DNA from: Pseudomonadota bacterium
GTDB taxonomy: Bacteria; Pseudomonadota; Gammaproteobacteria; Pseudomonadales; Pseudohongiellaceae
Length of the DNA: 51,456 nucleotides
Assembly: GCA_051747985.1 (NCBI GenBank)
Contig: JBNJGU010000001.1
Location: 1 to 51,456 of the forward strand
Direction of reading: 5' to 3'
Shown: piece by piece, positions 10,636 to 20,690 of the stretch
Layout: the number at the start of each line of letters is the position of its first letter
Position numbering within the stretch: position 1 is the stretch's first letter
The notes under the pieces: model-generated
Told to the model about the DNA's origin: nothing
Seen by the model: only the letters and a program-made list of their open reading frames with translations
The model's database searches: none
Position numbers and translations under genes: made by a program

Positions 10636-12507
10636 ATGGCAGAACGATCCGTGTTCCGACGCCTGTCCGGGGGACTGGGGCGGGGTATCGATGTAGTGCG
10701 CACATGGTTGGGCCGGCTGTTTTTCCTGCTGGCCCTGGTCGTGGTGCTGTTCGTGCTGTTTTCCAGCCCCGGCCCGGTGCAGGTACCGTCCACGGCGGCG
10801 CTGATACTGGCGCCCACTGGCAACATCGTCGAGGAACGTGACAGCGCGGCGCTGGGCATGAGCTTCCTGACCGGCCCGGTGGCGCGGGACACCGAACTTC
10901 GGGAGCTGCTCGATGCCATTGACACCGCGGCGGACGATGAACGGATCGCCTCGCTGGTGCTCAGTCTGGATGACATGACCGGCATCAGTCCGGCACAGCT
11001 GGAGACGCTGGGCGCCGCGCTGGAGCGTTTCCGCGAGAGTGACAAGCCGATCCATGCCTACGGCGATTTCTTCAGCCAGGGACAGTACGCCCTGGCGGCC
11101 CACGCCGACAGTATCACGCTGCATCCGCTGGGCAACATCCTGCTACAGGGGTACGGCGGCAATCAACTGTTCTTCAGCGGGCTGCTGGAGCGGCTCAACG
11201 TCAATGTCCATGTGTTCCGCGTCGGCGAGTTCAAGTCCGCCGCCGAACCCTACACCCGCATGAATCTCTCCGACGAGGCCCGTGCCGACAACCAGGCGCT
11301 GGTGGATGCACTGTGGCAACGTTATATCGAACAGACCGCCAGCGCGCGCGATCTGGACCCGGACACAATCACCGATTACGCCATGAACCTGCCCGAACGC
11401 GTTGGCGCGGTGCAGGGAGACATGGCCCGCGCCGCTCTGGATCAGGGGCTGGTCGATGAACTGGCCGGCATTGATGAGTTCCGTCAGCGCATGGCGTCCC
11501 GGGTGGGCCCACGGGAAGAAGGCAGCTTCCGGCAGATCCATTTCCGGGATTATCTGGCAGCGACCGCCACACCGGTGCCGTCACCGCAGCCGAAGGTCGC
11601 GGTGCTGGTGGCCGAGGGCACGATCATGAGCGGACCCGACGCGCCCGGTGTGATTTCCGACGAGGACATGGTGCAACGCATCCGGCGGGCCCGCAACGAT
11701 GATGACATCCGCGCGTTGGTGCTGCGTGTCAACTCACCCGGTGGGGGCATGCTGGCTTCCGAGGCGATCCGTTCGGAGTTGGCCCTTATGCAGGCCGAGG
11801 GCAAGCCGGTGGTGGCCTCCATGGGGGGCACCGCCGCGTCAGGTGGATACTGGATTTCCGCCACTGCCGATCAAATATGGGCGTCCCCGGCCACGGTCAC
11901 CGGTTCCATCGGGGTGATCAGCGTGGTGCCGACCTTCGAGGATGCCCTGTCCGAGGTGGGTGTGGGCACGGATGGTGTCGGGACCACTCCGTTGACGCTG
12001 GGTAGCGATCCTCTGGGTGGCCTGTCCGAATCGATGCGACAGCTGCTTCAGCAGTCCATCAATCATGCCTATGAGCGTTTCATCACGCTGGTGGCCGAGG
12101 GTCGGGATCTGCCCCGGGACGAGGTGGAAGCCCTGGCCGGTGGTCAGGTCATGACCGGTGCCGAAGCGCTGGAGGCGGGTCTGGTGGATGCAAACGGGGA
12201 TCTGGAGCAGGCCATTGAGGCGACCGCCGAACTGGCCGGACTGGACAACTGGCAGGCCGTTTCGCTCGATCGACCGCGGAGCCTGCTGGAGCAGTTCCTG
12301 GAACAGGCCATGCAGACCGGTAGTGGGTCTCCGGCCATGCAGGGACTGGCGGATGCCGTGGCCGGTCCTCTCGGCCTGGTGTATCCCGAACTGGTGCGGG
12401 GCTGGCAGCCCCTGATGACGGCACTGCGGCGATCCGGTTCCGGCTCCTCCATGCCGCAATCGTGGCTGTTGTGTGAGCTGTGCGTCAGTCTGTCGCCTTC
12501 GCGCTGA
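10636..12507 (+). CDS. sppA: Signal peptide peptidase SppA, 67K type
   Basis: 623 aa. N-terminal TM anchor, then duplicated ClpP/crotonase-like S49 domains (LRVNSPGGGMLASE, ASMGGTAASGGYWISATAD). Confidence 0.9.
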   Translation: MAERSVFRRLSGGLGRGIDVVRTWLGRLFFLLALVVVLFVLFSSPGPVQVPSTAALILAPTGNIVEERDSAALGMSFLTGPVARDTELRELLDAIDTAADDERIASLVLSLDDMTGISPAQLETLGAALERFRESDKPIHAYGDFFSQGQYALAAHADSITLHPLGNILLQGYGGNQLFFSGLLERLNVNVHVFRVGEFKSAAEPYTRMNLSDEARADNQALVDALWQRYIEQTASARDLDPDTITDYAMNLPERVGAVQGDMARAALDQGLVDELAGIDEFRQRMASRVGPREEGSFRQIHFRDYLAATATPVPSPQPKVAVLVAEGTIMSGPDAPGVISDEDMVQRIRRARNDDDIRALVLRVNSPGGGMLASEAIRSELALMQAEGKPVVASMGGTAASGGYWISATADQIWASPATVTGSIGVISVVPTFEDALSEVGVGTDGVGTTPLTLGSDPLGGLSESMRQLLQQSINHAYERFITLVAEGRDLPRDEVEALAGGQVMTGAEALEAGLVDANGDLEQAIEATAELAGLDNWQAVSLDRPRSLLEQFLEQAMQTGSGSPAMQGLADAVAGPLGLVYPELVRGWQPLMTALRRSGSGSSMPQSWLLCELCVSLSPSR

Positions 12508-13279
12508 GCGCCCGCAGGCAGGCCTCGGCATCAGCGCGCAGATGATCCGGGTTCAATGTGCCGATGATGGCCGCGCTGACCCCGGGTTCGCCGAACACGA
12601 AGTCCATGTTGTCCTGGAGTGTGTTGGCGCGGTGCCCGCTGTTGAGTGCTTTCTTGATCAGCACACCGCGTTGCAGGCGTTGTGCTTCCCGGATGACCGG
12701 CCGCTCACTGTAGGCCTCCGGATTGAAGGTTACCATCACGCAGTCGGCGCCGCGCGCCAGCGCCAGCAGGCCGCCTTCGACGGTTTTTCCGGACAGGCCG
12801 ATGGCACGGACCAGGCCTTCCTTCCGCAGGCGCTCCAGGGTCTCGAACGCATCCGTCTGCTCCAGGATGGCCAGGTCATTGCCGTCGGAGTGCAACAGCA
12901 GGATGTCCAGGTGATCGGTGCGAAGCCGCCGCAGGCTGCGTTCGAGGCTGCGGCGGATGGCCGTGCCGCGAAAGTCGAAGCGGGATTGCCCGTCGTGGAA
13001 TGTCTCCCCCGCCTTGCCGCACAGTACCCAGTCGTGACGATCTGACAACAGGCGCCCCAGTCGCTCTTCGCTGCTGCCATAGGCCGGCGCCGTGTCCAAT
13101 AGATTGATACCCAGTTCCCGTGCCGTATCCAGCAGGTGCAGCACCGAGCGGTCATCCGGCAGATCGAACGCCGAGGGATACCTGACGCCGGTGTTGCGAC
13201 CGATTTTCACGGTGCCCAGGCCCAGGCGGGATATCCGCAGACCGGTACGGCCCAGTGGCGTAAGTGGCAGTCGGCTCAT
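12485..13279 (-). CDS. Aldo/keto reductase family oxidoreductase
   Basis: The AKR N-terminus (LGRTGLRISRLGLGT) and downstream blocks are present. I start it at ATG 13279 (MSRLPL...), which overlaps the stop of the upstream FAD gene (ATGA). The 59 extra residues in the track ORF look non-coding. Confidence 0.85.
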   Translation of the reverse strand: MSRLPLTPLGRTGLRISRLGLGTVKIGRNTGVRYPSAFDLPDDRSVLHLLDTARELGINLLDTAPAYGSSEERLGRLLSDRHDWVLCGKAGETFHDGQSRFDFRGTAIRRSLERSLRRLRTDHLDILLLHSDGNDLAILEQTDAFETLERLRKEGLVRAIGLSGKTVEGGLLALARGADCVMVTFNPEAYSERPVIREAQRLQRGVLIKKALNSGHRANTLQDNMDFVFGEPGVSAAIIGTLNPDHLRADAEACLRALSAKATD

Positions 13280-14532
13280 GCCGGGTTCTCCCACGGATGG
13301 CGCCCGATCCCGGGTGCGTCGAAGTAGTGTGACAGCGCAGCCCCGGCATGGTCCTGTTCGGCGGCACGTTCGGCGGCGGAGCGTGGCACGCCCGGTGTAA
13401 TCCGGCTCAGCACCGCGTCGCCCAGGTTGGGGGTCAGGGTCAGTTTGGTGGGCCACACCGTCACCACATTGCCATTCACCTGGACAAAGGCATCATCGGG
13501 GCGTTCCCGTCCGGGGTGGGCCGGTTCCGCCCGGTCGACCCGGAAACTGAGCCAGCTGTCCTCGTCAAAGCGGACCGCGGTGAACAGTTCGTCCAGCAGA
13601 TGCCGGGCGGCCCTGATCTGTTCGGCCCCGGAGCGTTCGACGCCGTTTTCGGCCAGTCCGCCGCCCAGGTACCAGGTCCATTGCCCGTCCGGCGTCGGGT
13701 GGGAAGTGACCGTCAGGCGCGGTGTCATGCCGAAATCACTGCCGATCACGTGCAACCAGGCCGGCCGGTCGCAGCGCACGGTGACCATGTGCAGGGGCCG
13801 CCGTTGCATGGCGGGCCGGGCGGTGCCGATCTGTCGCAGCAGCGCCTCGTTGCCGGCACCGGCGGCCAGGATGTAGTACCTGGCGCGAAGGGAGACCGGC
13901 CGGCCGTCACTGCCTGTGGTCTCGATCCTCTCAATGTGGTGGGGCCGGTCGTCTGCCAGTCGGATGTCGCCGGCATGGCCGATATGCCCCGACGCGGCTT
14001 CTGTCAGTGTCGTCAGCAGTGAAGGGGTGTCGATGACGAAATCCGACAGGCGGTAGACACTGCCACCGGCCGCCGTATCACGCAGCACATCGGGATGGTC
14101 GGCGGGTTTCAGGTGATCGATGCGGCCACGCAGGGCCCGGCTGCCGAGGAAGGTCTTGAAGCGTGACCGGATGCTGCCCCCGGACCACATCCAGTAATGT
14201 GGTGACAACACACGGCAGCGGCGCAGGTCCAGCTCGCCCCGTCCTTCCAGGCAGGCCGCCCAGCGGGCCGGCATGGCGGCAATGGTGCTGCTGGCGGGCG
14301 TCAACGCTCCGTTCAGTGCATACTTCAGGCCGCCATGGATGATGCCTTGCGAGGCCAGGGTCTGGCCACCGCCCAATGTATCCCGTTCCAGCAGTACCGC
14401 GTCGTGACCGGCATCACGAAGGCGGTTCAGCAGCCACAGGCCGGCAATGCCGCCGCCAATGATCACGATGTCACGATGCAGTGCGCTCAAGCCGGGTTCC
14501 TGTTCTGATTCGTGGGCACCGCATGGTAGCAT
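13276..14532 (-). CDS. FAD-dependent oxidoreductase (glycerol-3-phosphate oxidase/DAO superfamily)
   Basis: Dinucleotide-binding fold at the N-terminus (DIVIIGGGIAGLWLLNRL...LLERDTLGGGQTLASQGIIHGG). It is translationally coupled to the aldo/keto reductase and divergent from waaA, as in Pseudomonas. Confidence 0.8.
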   Translation of the reverse strand: MLPCGAHESEQEPGLSALHRDIVIIGGGIAGLWLLNRLRDAGHDAVLLERDTLGGGQTLASQGIIHGGLKYALNGALTPASSTIAAMPARWAACLEGRGELDLRRCRVLSPHYWMWSGGSIRSRFKTFLGSRALRGRIDHLKPADHPDVLRDTAAGGSVYRLSDFVIDTPSLLTTLTEAASGHIGHAGDIRLADDRPHHIERIETTGSDGRPVSLRARYYILAAGAGNEALLRQIGTARPAMQRRPLHMVTVRCDRPAWLHVIGSDFGMTPRLTVTSHPTPDGQWTWYLGGGLAENGVERSGAEQIRAARHLLDELFTAVRFDEDSWLSFRVDRAEPAHPGRERPDDAFVQVNGNVVTVWPTKLTLTPNLGDAVLSRITPGVPRSAAERAAEQDHAGAALSHYFDAPGIGRHPWENPA

Positions 14533-14596
14533 GTCGACCCGGCAGTCAGGAGACCCGCCCCGCCGTGGCCGTCCGCGCCACCAGGGATGATTCGCA

Positions 14597-15877
14597 GTGA
14601 ACCGACGCTTCTACAATATCGCCTTCTATCTGATCATGCCGCTGATCCTGCTGCGGCTGCTGTGGATGTCCGTACAGCAGCCGGCCTACGCGCGACGCTG
14701 GACCGAACGCTTCGGTTTTGTCAGTCGCACACTGGCCGCGCGCAGCGAACAGCAATGGATCTGGGTGCATGCCGTCTCGGTGGGCGAGACCATGGCCGCC
14801 GAACCGCTGATCCGCCGTCTGCGGGCCCGTCATCCCGAATACGGTATTCTGGTCACCACCATGACGCCCACCGGGTCCGAGCGGGTGCGTGAACTGTTCG
14901 GCGAGGAAGTCTGTCACGTCTACGCCCCCTATGACTACAGTGGCGCCGTCAGGCGCTTCCTGAACCGGGTCAGGCCGCGACTGGTGATCCTGATGGAAAC
15001 CGAACTGTGGCCCAACCTGGTCTACTACACCAAGCGCAGCGGTGCTGAGATCATCGTGGCCAATGCACGTCTGTCAGAGCGCTCGGCCCGTGGCTACGAC
15101 AAGTTCGCCAGGCTGGGAAAGCCCATGCTGCAGCAGATCGACTGCATCATCGCACAGGCGGACAGCGATGCCGCGCGTTTCCGTCGCCTGGGCGTGGACC
15201 CCTCGCGCCTGCATGTCACCGGTAGCCTCAAGGTGGAAGTCAGCCTGCCGGCGGAAGAGGACCTGCGACGTCGTGCCGCCCGGTTCCAGAGGATGGTGGA
15301 GGGCAGGCGTCCCACCTGGATTGCGGCCAGTACCCGTGATGGCGAGGAGGAGAAGGTGCTGGATGCCCTGCGCCTGGTGCAGCGGGAGATCCCCGATGTG
15401 CTGCTGGTACTGGTGCCCCGCCATCCTGAACGCTTCGACAGTGTGGCCCGGCTCTGTCAGAAGAGCCGTTTCCGGACGGTGCGGCGCAGCAGCAATCAGC
15501 TGATCGATGCCGTCACTTCGGTGTTTCTCGGTGACAGCATGGGCGAGATGATCGCCTACTATGGCATGGCGGACATCGCCTTCGTCGGCGGCAGTCTGGT
15601 GGATACCGGGTGTCAGAATGTGCTGGAGCCAGCAGCTCTGGGCCTGCCCATTATCACCGGTCCGTCCCAGTACAACTTCCAGACCATCTGCGACCAGCTT
15701 CAGGATGGTGGCGCCCTGCAGCAGGTGCCCCATGAAAAGGCCCTGGCGGACGCGGTGATGGCACTGTTCCGGGATCAGCGGCGTCGCCATGTGATGGGCG
15801 AGGCCGGTATGCGGGTGATCCGACAGAACCGCGGGGCGCTGGATCGTGTGCATGAGGTGGTCAAAGCGTATCTGTAA
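14597..15877 (+). CDS. waaA: 3-deoxy-D-manno-octulosonic acid (Kdo) transferase
   Basis: 426 aa. Typical WaaA/KdtA N-terminus (YNIAFYLIMPLILLRLLW, WVHAVSVGE, ETELWPN) and a GT-B C-terminal half. Confidence 0.95.
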   Translation: MNRRFYNIAFYLIMPLILLRLLWMSVQQPAYARRWTERFGFVSRTLAARSEQQWIWVHAVSVGETMAAEPLIRRLRARHPEYGILVTTMTPTGSERVRELFGEEVCHVYAPYDYSGAVRRFLNRVRPRLVILMETELWPNLVYYTKRSGAEIIVANARLSERSARGYDKFARLGKPMLQQIDCIIAQADSDAARFRRLGVDPSRLHVTGSLKVEVSLPAEEDLRRRAARFQRMVEGRRPTWIAASTRDGEEEKVLDALRLVQREIPDVLLVLVPRHPERFDSVARLCQKSRFRTVRRSSNQLIDAVTSVFLGDSMGEMIAYYGMADIAFVGGSLVDTGCQNVLEPAALGLPIITGPSQYNFQTICDQLQDGGALQQVPHEKALADAVMALFRDQRRRHVMGEAGMRVIRQNRGALDRVHEVVKAYL

Positions 15878-16062
15878 AAAACGGCCATTTACAGACCATC
15901 CTGAAAGACTACGGCACATCTCCCGGTTATCCAAAATACGGGAGGTGCCCTGAAGGCAGGGAGTTGCATTTTTTATTCTTGCATATCAAGATGCTATAGG
16001 GGGGGCAAAGGAAAATCAGGGTGCCGGTATCCCGGTAAGTGCAGTTGCTGCTGCATGGTCAT

Positions 16063-16092
16063 CTGTTACAGCGGATTTCATTACTGTCACAG
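16063..16092 (+). promoter_or_regulatory. Two CTGTnACAG palindromes 21 nt apart in the receptor leader; potential SD-occluding hairpin or operator pair
   Basis: CTGTTACAG (16063-16071) and CTGTCACAG (16084-16092). As RNA they can pair 8 of 9 bp, and the second copy overlaps the AGGAGA Shine-Dalgarno at 16091-16096. Confidence 0.25.
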
Positions 16093-16104
16093 GAGATCAG
16101 AACA

Positions 16105-18984
16105 ATGAGACCCACAGACATCTTCCGACATAACAGAAAATTCTACCTTACACTATCCGTCATGGCGGCGTCCGCGCTGAATGCCGCTCCTGTCACCGCA
16201 CAGGACGAACCGGAAGTCGAGGAAGTCGTCGTCACCGGTTCCTTCATCCGCAACAGCGCATTCGCACAGAACAACCCCGTGGACTCGGTGACCGCCGAGG
16301 ATATCGAGACCTCCGGCGCACCGAACATCTCGAACTATATTCGCGATCTGCCCTACACGCAGAACACCAATACGGTGGCCAACGTCAACGCCAGCAACAG
16401 CGGCCCACAGAGCAGTTTCGGCGCGACCTTCAACCTCCGTGGTCTGGGCGAGAACAGTACCCTGACTCTGATGGATGGCGTGCGCTCGGTGGACAATGGC
16501 ACCAGCACACTGCTGCCCGACATCGCCATAGACCGCCTGGAAGTGGTGCTGGATGGTGGCTCGGCCCTGTATGGCTCCGACGCCGTGGCCGGGGTCGTCA
16601 ACATGCTTCCGATCAAGGAGTTTGATGGCCTGCGTACCAGACTGTACCACCAGGGCGACGAGCGTGGTGACTTCGAGACCAACAAGGTGGGCCTGCTCTG
16701 GGGTCGCCAGTTCGACAATGATCTCAACTGGGTCATGGCCGGCGACTACTCGCGCACCACGCCGCTGATGACCTTCGAGCGCCCGCGCACGCTGCGCTCC
16801 GACTACGGCTGGGCCAACTCCGGCAACCCGGGTGTCTGGCGTGAAGTCGATGGCGCTACGCCGAATCCCGGCGAGGTCCACGGCGGTGAACAGGTCGGCG
16901 ACAACCTGCGGGATCCGAGCTGCGGCGCCTTCAATGATGTCACCGACCTCGGCCAGAAGTTCAACAACGTCAGCGGTGTTCCGCAGCCGGGCGGCAACTG
17001 CTTCTTCCCCTATTCCCAGCAGTGGCCCCTGCAGGAAGGCCAGCAGGAGTACAATTTCTACACCAACCTGCAATATGACGTCAGTCAGGAGCTGCAGCTT
17101 GAGGCCCAGCTCACCCACGCCAATCGCGAGCAGGAGAACCACAACACACTGAGTTACCAGCTCGCGGCCAATAACCGGCGGGTGATGGTCATGCCCGAGG
17201 ACCACCCGGCCAACCCCTGGGACCATGACGTGGGGCCGCACCTGTGGCGTCCGTTTGCCGCAGCCGGCACGCTGCCGTCCTATGCGGACCCGGCCACCGG
17301 CGCCCGCAAGCAGAGCTACGATGACACCATCACACGCTACAAGCTGGGTGCGAGGATGGATCTGACCGACACCTGGACGTCCAATACCTACTACTCGTAT
17401 CAACGCACGTTCCGGGACTATCAGGCACACATGGTCAATGTGGAGCGCATGTCCGCCGCCATGGCCGGTATGGGTGGACCGAACGGCGACCAGTGGTACA
17501 ACCCGCTGGGCTCGGCCGATCCGCGCTCGCCGTTCTACGAGGAAGGCGTGACCTCCAACAGCCAGGAACTGATCGACTGGATGTCTCCCTCGCCACGCTT
17601 CATCACTTCGGAGCGCGAACTGTCCATGTTCGAGGCCAATGCCACCGGTGACCTGTACCAGCTTCCGGCGGGTGCCGCGCGCATGGCGTTGGGTTACCAG
17701 ATGCGTGATATCAACGAGTGGGACTATGCCAACCCGCTGTCCAAGACCGGACTGGACTATAACACCAGCATCACCGACACGCCGCCCACCGACAAGAACT
17801 ACGGCAGCAAGGTGCATGCGGCCTACATGGAGTTCGAGGTGCCGATCCTGGCCACGCTGGATGCCCAGCTCGCCGTGCGGCACGAGAACTTCACCACCTT
17901 CGGACTGGATACCACCACGCCAAAAGTCGCGTTGCGCTGGGAGGCCACGCCGGAGCTTGCGATCCGTGGTTCGATCGGTGAAAGCTTCCTGGCGCCGACG
18001 CCGGCCGATGCCCGCCCGTTCGACCCCAACGAGAACTGCGGCGAAATCTTCTTTGGCGGCGACATGATCACCGGCGGCATCCTGAACGGGGGCACGACCT
18101 GTTCCTCGGGTAACCCGGACCTGAAGCCGGAGACTTCCGACATCTGGAACATCGGCTTCACCTGGGAGCCGAACGATGATCTGAGCCTGAGTCTGGACTA
18201 TCAGTCCATCGAGTACACGGACCGGATCCGCACAATGAATCACCTGGACATGCATGCGATCGAGTTCGAGTCCATGCTGGAGGCCATCGGTGCCACACCC
18301 GAGTCCTACGACCCGACGCCAGGCTCGGAGACGCGCGAGGCGGCCGAGGAATGGCTGCGTCAGGGGGGCGACCCGCGCGTGACCCGCGATCCGGAGGACA
18401 ACTTCCGTGTCGAGCGGATCGTGCGTCAGGCCCAGAACATCAGTTCGGTCTGGGTCGACCTGCTGGACGCTCGTGCTACCCATACTCTTCTGACCGAGGA
18501 TCTGGGCACGTTCACAACCACGCTCAGCGCCACGTACTACACCAAGTACGACTACCAGGGCAACGATGACAATATCATCGAGGCCCTGGGCAACCAGAAT
18601 GCCCGCACCGGTATCGTGCCTCCGATTCCGGAGCTGAAGGGTCAAGTGCGACTGGGCTGGTTCCTGGATCGCCACAGCGCATCGGCCACGGTCAACTACC
18701 AGCACCACGTCAATTTTGACGACAGCGTGCGCAATACGTTGACCAACGTGCCGGCGCCGGCCAGTGGCAAGGTCCGTTCGCAGGCCATCGTCAACGGCAC
18801 CTATTCCTACCAGATGGACCAGTTCCTGGACAGTGACATCACGGTCAGCGTGGGCGTGAACAATCTCTTTGACGAGTTGCCACAGCGCCTGCCGGTGCTG
18901 GGTGGCTTCGAGAGCCGCCTGCACAGCCCGTGGGGTCGCCAGTTCTGGGCTTCATTGGAGTGGCGTCCCGGTTTCGGCCTGTGA
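16105..18984 (+). CDS. TonB-dependent outer-membrane receptor (large, about 960 aa)
   Basis: Start set at ATG 16105 (MRPTDIF...), preceded by AGGAGA. Signal peptide ending ...VTAQDE, plug domain ([38 protein letters not shown]), then a long barrel. Confidence 0.9.
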   Translation: MRPTDIFRHNRKFYLTLSVMAASALNAAPVTAQDEPEVEEVVVTGSFIRNSAFAQNNPVDSVTAEDIETSGAPNISNYIRDLPYTQNTNTVANVNASNSGPQSSFGATFNLRGLGENSTLTLMDGVRSVDNGTSTLLPDIAIDRLEVVLDGGSALYGSDAVAGVVNMLPIKEFDGLRTRLYHQGDERGDFETNKVGLLWGRQFDNDLNWVMAGDYSRTTPLMTFERPRTLRSDYGWANSGNPGVWREVDGATPNPGEVHGGEQVGDNLRDPSCGAFNDVTDLGQKFNNVSGVPQPGGNCFFPYSQQWPLQEGQQEYNFYTNLQYDVSQELQLEAQLTHANREQENHNTLSYQLAANNRRVMVMPEDHPANPWDHDVGPHLWRPFAAAGTLPSYADPATGARKQSYDDTITRYKLGARMDLTDTWTSNTYYSYQRTFRDYQAHMVNVERMSAAMAGMGGPNGDQWYNPLGSADPRSPFYEEGVTSNSQELIDWMSPSPRFITSERELSMFEANATGDLYQLPAGAARMALGYQMRDINEWDYANPLSKTGLDYNTSITDTPPTDKNYGSKVHAAYMEFEVPILATLDAQLAVRHENFTTFGLDTTTPKVALRWEATPELAIRGSIGESFLAPTPADARPFDPNENCGEIFFGGDMITGGILNGGTTCSSGNPDLKPETSDIWNIGFTWEPNDDLSLSLDYQSIEYTDRIRTMNHLDMHAIEFESMLEAIGATPESYDPTPGSETREAAEEWLRQGGDPRVTRDPEDNFRVERIVRQAQNISSVWVDLLDARATHTLLTEDLGTFTTTLSATYYTKYDYQGNDDNIIEALGNQNARTGIVPPIPELKGQVRLGWFLDRHSASATVNYQHHVNFDDSVRNTLTNVPAPASGKVRSQAIVNGTYSYQMDQFLDSDITVSVGVNNLFDELPQRLPVLGGFESRLHSPWGRQFWASLEWRPGFGL

Positions 18985-19628
18985 GGCAGCGCACTACACG
19001 GCGCGGCTTGTTGCCGTTGCTGCTTTCGCTGGCCGCCTCCGGCTGCCTTGGTCCGGTGGCCGGGCTGTATCCGGCGGATGAAGCGCTGCGTCCCGTCACC
19101 ATCCATGTGACCGGTCACGGATGGCATGTGGGACTGGTTGTCGAGAGGGAGCAGGTCGCCCCTTACCTGCCCCCGCTCGAGGAAATGCCGCGCACCCGTT
19201 ACCTGGAGTTCGGCTGGGGCGATGCGGGGTATTACCCCCATCCCGATCCGGGTCTGGGGGAAGCGCTGGCGGCAGCATTACTGCCGACCCCGGCGATCAT
19301 GCATATAGCCGGTTTCGACAGACCGGTCGAACAGCGTTTTCCCCGGAGCCGGGTCGTGCGGTTGCAGATTTCCGAGGCCGGAATGGAAGCCCTGGGCGAG
19401 TACCTGGCCGACACCATCAGACCGGATGAGGACGGGTGGGCGGTATATCTGGGCGAAGGCCTCTACGGCGCCAGTGTGTTCGTCGACGCCCATGGCCCCT
19501 ATATCGTCCCGTTCACCTCCAATCTGTGGGTGGCCCGTGGGCTGCGGGCCACCGGGTTGGCGATAACGCCGGTCTATGCCCTGACCCAGGGCAACGTGAT
19601 CCATCAGGCAGCCCGGATCGGGGAGTGA
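18981..19628 (+). CDS. DUF2459 / TIGR02117-family lipoprotein of unknown function
   Basis: GTG 18981 overlaps the receptor stop (GTGA). A lipobox-like LSLAASGC follows a basic N-terminus. The HVTGHGWHVGLVV and EFGWGD blocks resemble the DUF2459 family as I recall it. Confidence 0.55.
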   Translation: MRQRTTRRGLLPLLLSLAASGCLGPVAGLYPADEALRPVTIHVTGHGWHVGLVVEREQVAPYLPPLEEMPRTRYLEFGWGDAGYYPHPDPGLGEALAAALLPTPAIMHIAGFDRPVEQRFPRSRVVRLQISEAGMEALGEYLADTIRPDEDGWAVYLGEGLYGASVFVDAHGPYIVPFTSNLWVARGLRATGLAITPVYALTQGNVIHQAARIGE

Positions 19629-19647
19629 CGGATCATTCGGCGGCAAA

Positions 19648-19724
<77 letters not shown>

Positions 19725-19808
19725 CTGCGGGAGACGTGATTGTACTGCCCAAACCGTCGGAGTTGAAGAGTGGTCCGCCAGAAAATATGCGACCGGCGTC
19801 CATGCTGG

Positions 19809-20543
19809 TCATGTCAGGCGATGCCTCAGATAGTAGGGGAGAATGGACATCGCCAGCAACAATGCAATGGCCGCGGAGATGGTCAGTGCCGGGTGCACCT
19901 CCAGGGTGTGGCCGAGTCCGGCGAAAACCACGGTCATGGGCAGCATGCCCAGGAAGCTGGCCAGCGCGAACTGCCAGGACCGGATGGTGGTCACTCCGGC
20001 GGCATAGCTCACCAGGGCAAAGGAAAATACCGGTATCAGGCGGGTGGCAAATACCGCCCAGAACAGAACCGATTGTGATTGCGGCGTGGTAAAAATCGGG
20101 TTGCCGGGCACGTAGCGACAGATCACGTCGCGGCCCAGCAGGCGTGCGGTATGGAAAGCGATCATCGCGCCCACCAGGGCACCGGTGGCGGCCACCAGTG
20201 TGCCCGCGAACATGCCGAATGCCAGGCCTGACGCAGCACTGATCGGCAGGGTGGGGATCGGGCCCACCACCACCGCAATGACCATCATCGCCGCCAGTAG
20301 CAGCGGGCCGCGATAGCCGAGGCCGTTCAGCCAGTCGGCGACCGCGGAAGCGGACAGCGTCGCCGGCATGCCCTCTTCCTGCAGCAGCCACCAGAGCAAC
20401 AGGATCAAGGCCACCACCGCCACGAACCCCGGGACCTTGATCTTCCAGCTTACCGGTGCCACTGCCTCGGGTCCGGGCATCGTGTCCTGCTCCTCGCGCA
20501 TACTCATTCCTGGTGCCGGAAACCTCCGGACTGTCATGGACAC
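19809..20543 (-). CDS. TVP38/TMEM64 (DedA-related, SNARE-associated) family membrane protein
   Basis: Multi-TM protein with family-typical blocks (GPLLLAAMMVIAVVVGPIPTLPISAASG, ATRLIPVFSFALVSYAAGVT). The real start may be the internal ATG at 20507. Confidence 0.75.
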   Translation of the reverse strand: MSMTVRRFPAPGMSMREEQDTMPGPEAVAPVSWKIKVPGFVAVVALILLLWWLLQEEGMPATLSASAVADWLNGLGYRGPLLLAAMMVIAVVVGPIPTLPISAASGLAFGMFAGTLVAATGALVGAMIAFHTARLLGRDVICRYVPGNPIFTTPQSQSVLFWAVFATRLIPVFSFALVSYAAGVTTIRSWQFALASFLGMLPMTVVFAGLGHTLEVHPALTISAAIALLLAMSILPYYLRHRLT

Positions 20544-20690
20544 GTGATACTACACCGTCATGGAGGCACTACGGAACGGGCCATCGCCCGCTGCTTTGAC
20601 GTATGAGTCTGAATCGGGGTAAAAAGGGTCGGGGAGCCTCCCGCGGTACCGGTGGTTCCTGCCCCGACACGGACCGAACGGGAGTCTGCC

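Noticed and set aside
15878-16104. Possible cobalamin or TPP riboswitch upstream of the TonB-dependent receptor. The stretch GGAAAATCAGGGTGCCGGTATCCCGG vaguely recalls the B12-element core.
   Set aside because: I found no B12 box (AGYCMGGAGACCKGCC-like) and no ACTGTAA/GCCACTG-type conserved blocks. The leader available after the likely promoter is only about 105 nt, which is too short for either riboswitch class. A covariance-model scan (Rfam RF00174, RF00059) would settle it.
16153-18924. A 923-aa ORF antisense to the large TonB-dependent receptor gene. Similar long antisense or alternate-frame ORFs appear at 7195..8277, 8274..9788, 3811..4917, 20697..22157, 42876..43880, 47630..48541 and 15074..15934.
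   Set aside because: These are typical high-GC artefacts, because stop codons are rare in the antisense frame of G/C-rich third-position genes. Their translations are Arg/Gly/Ala/Pro-rich low-complexity strings with no recognisable domains. In every case the opposite or alternate frame encodes a protein with clear family motifs.
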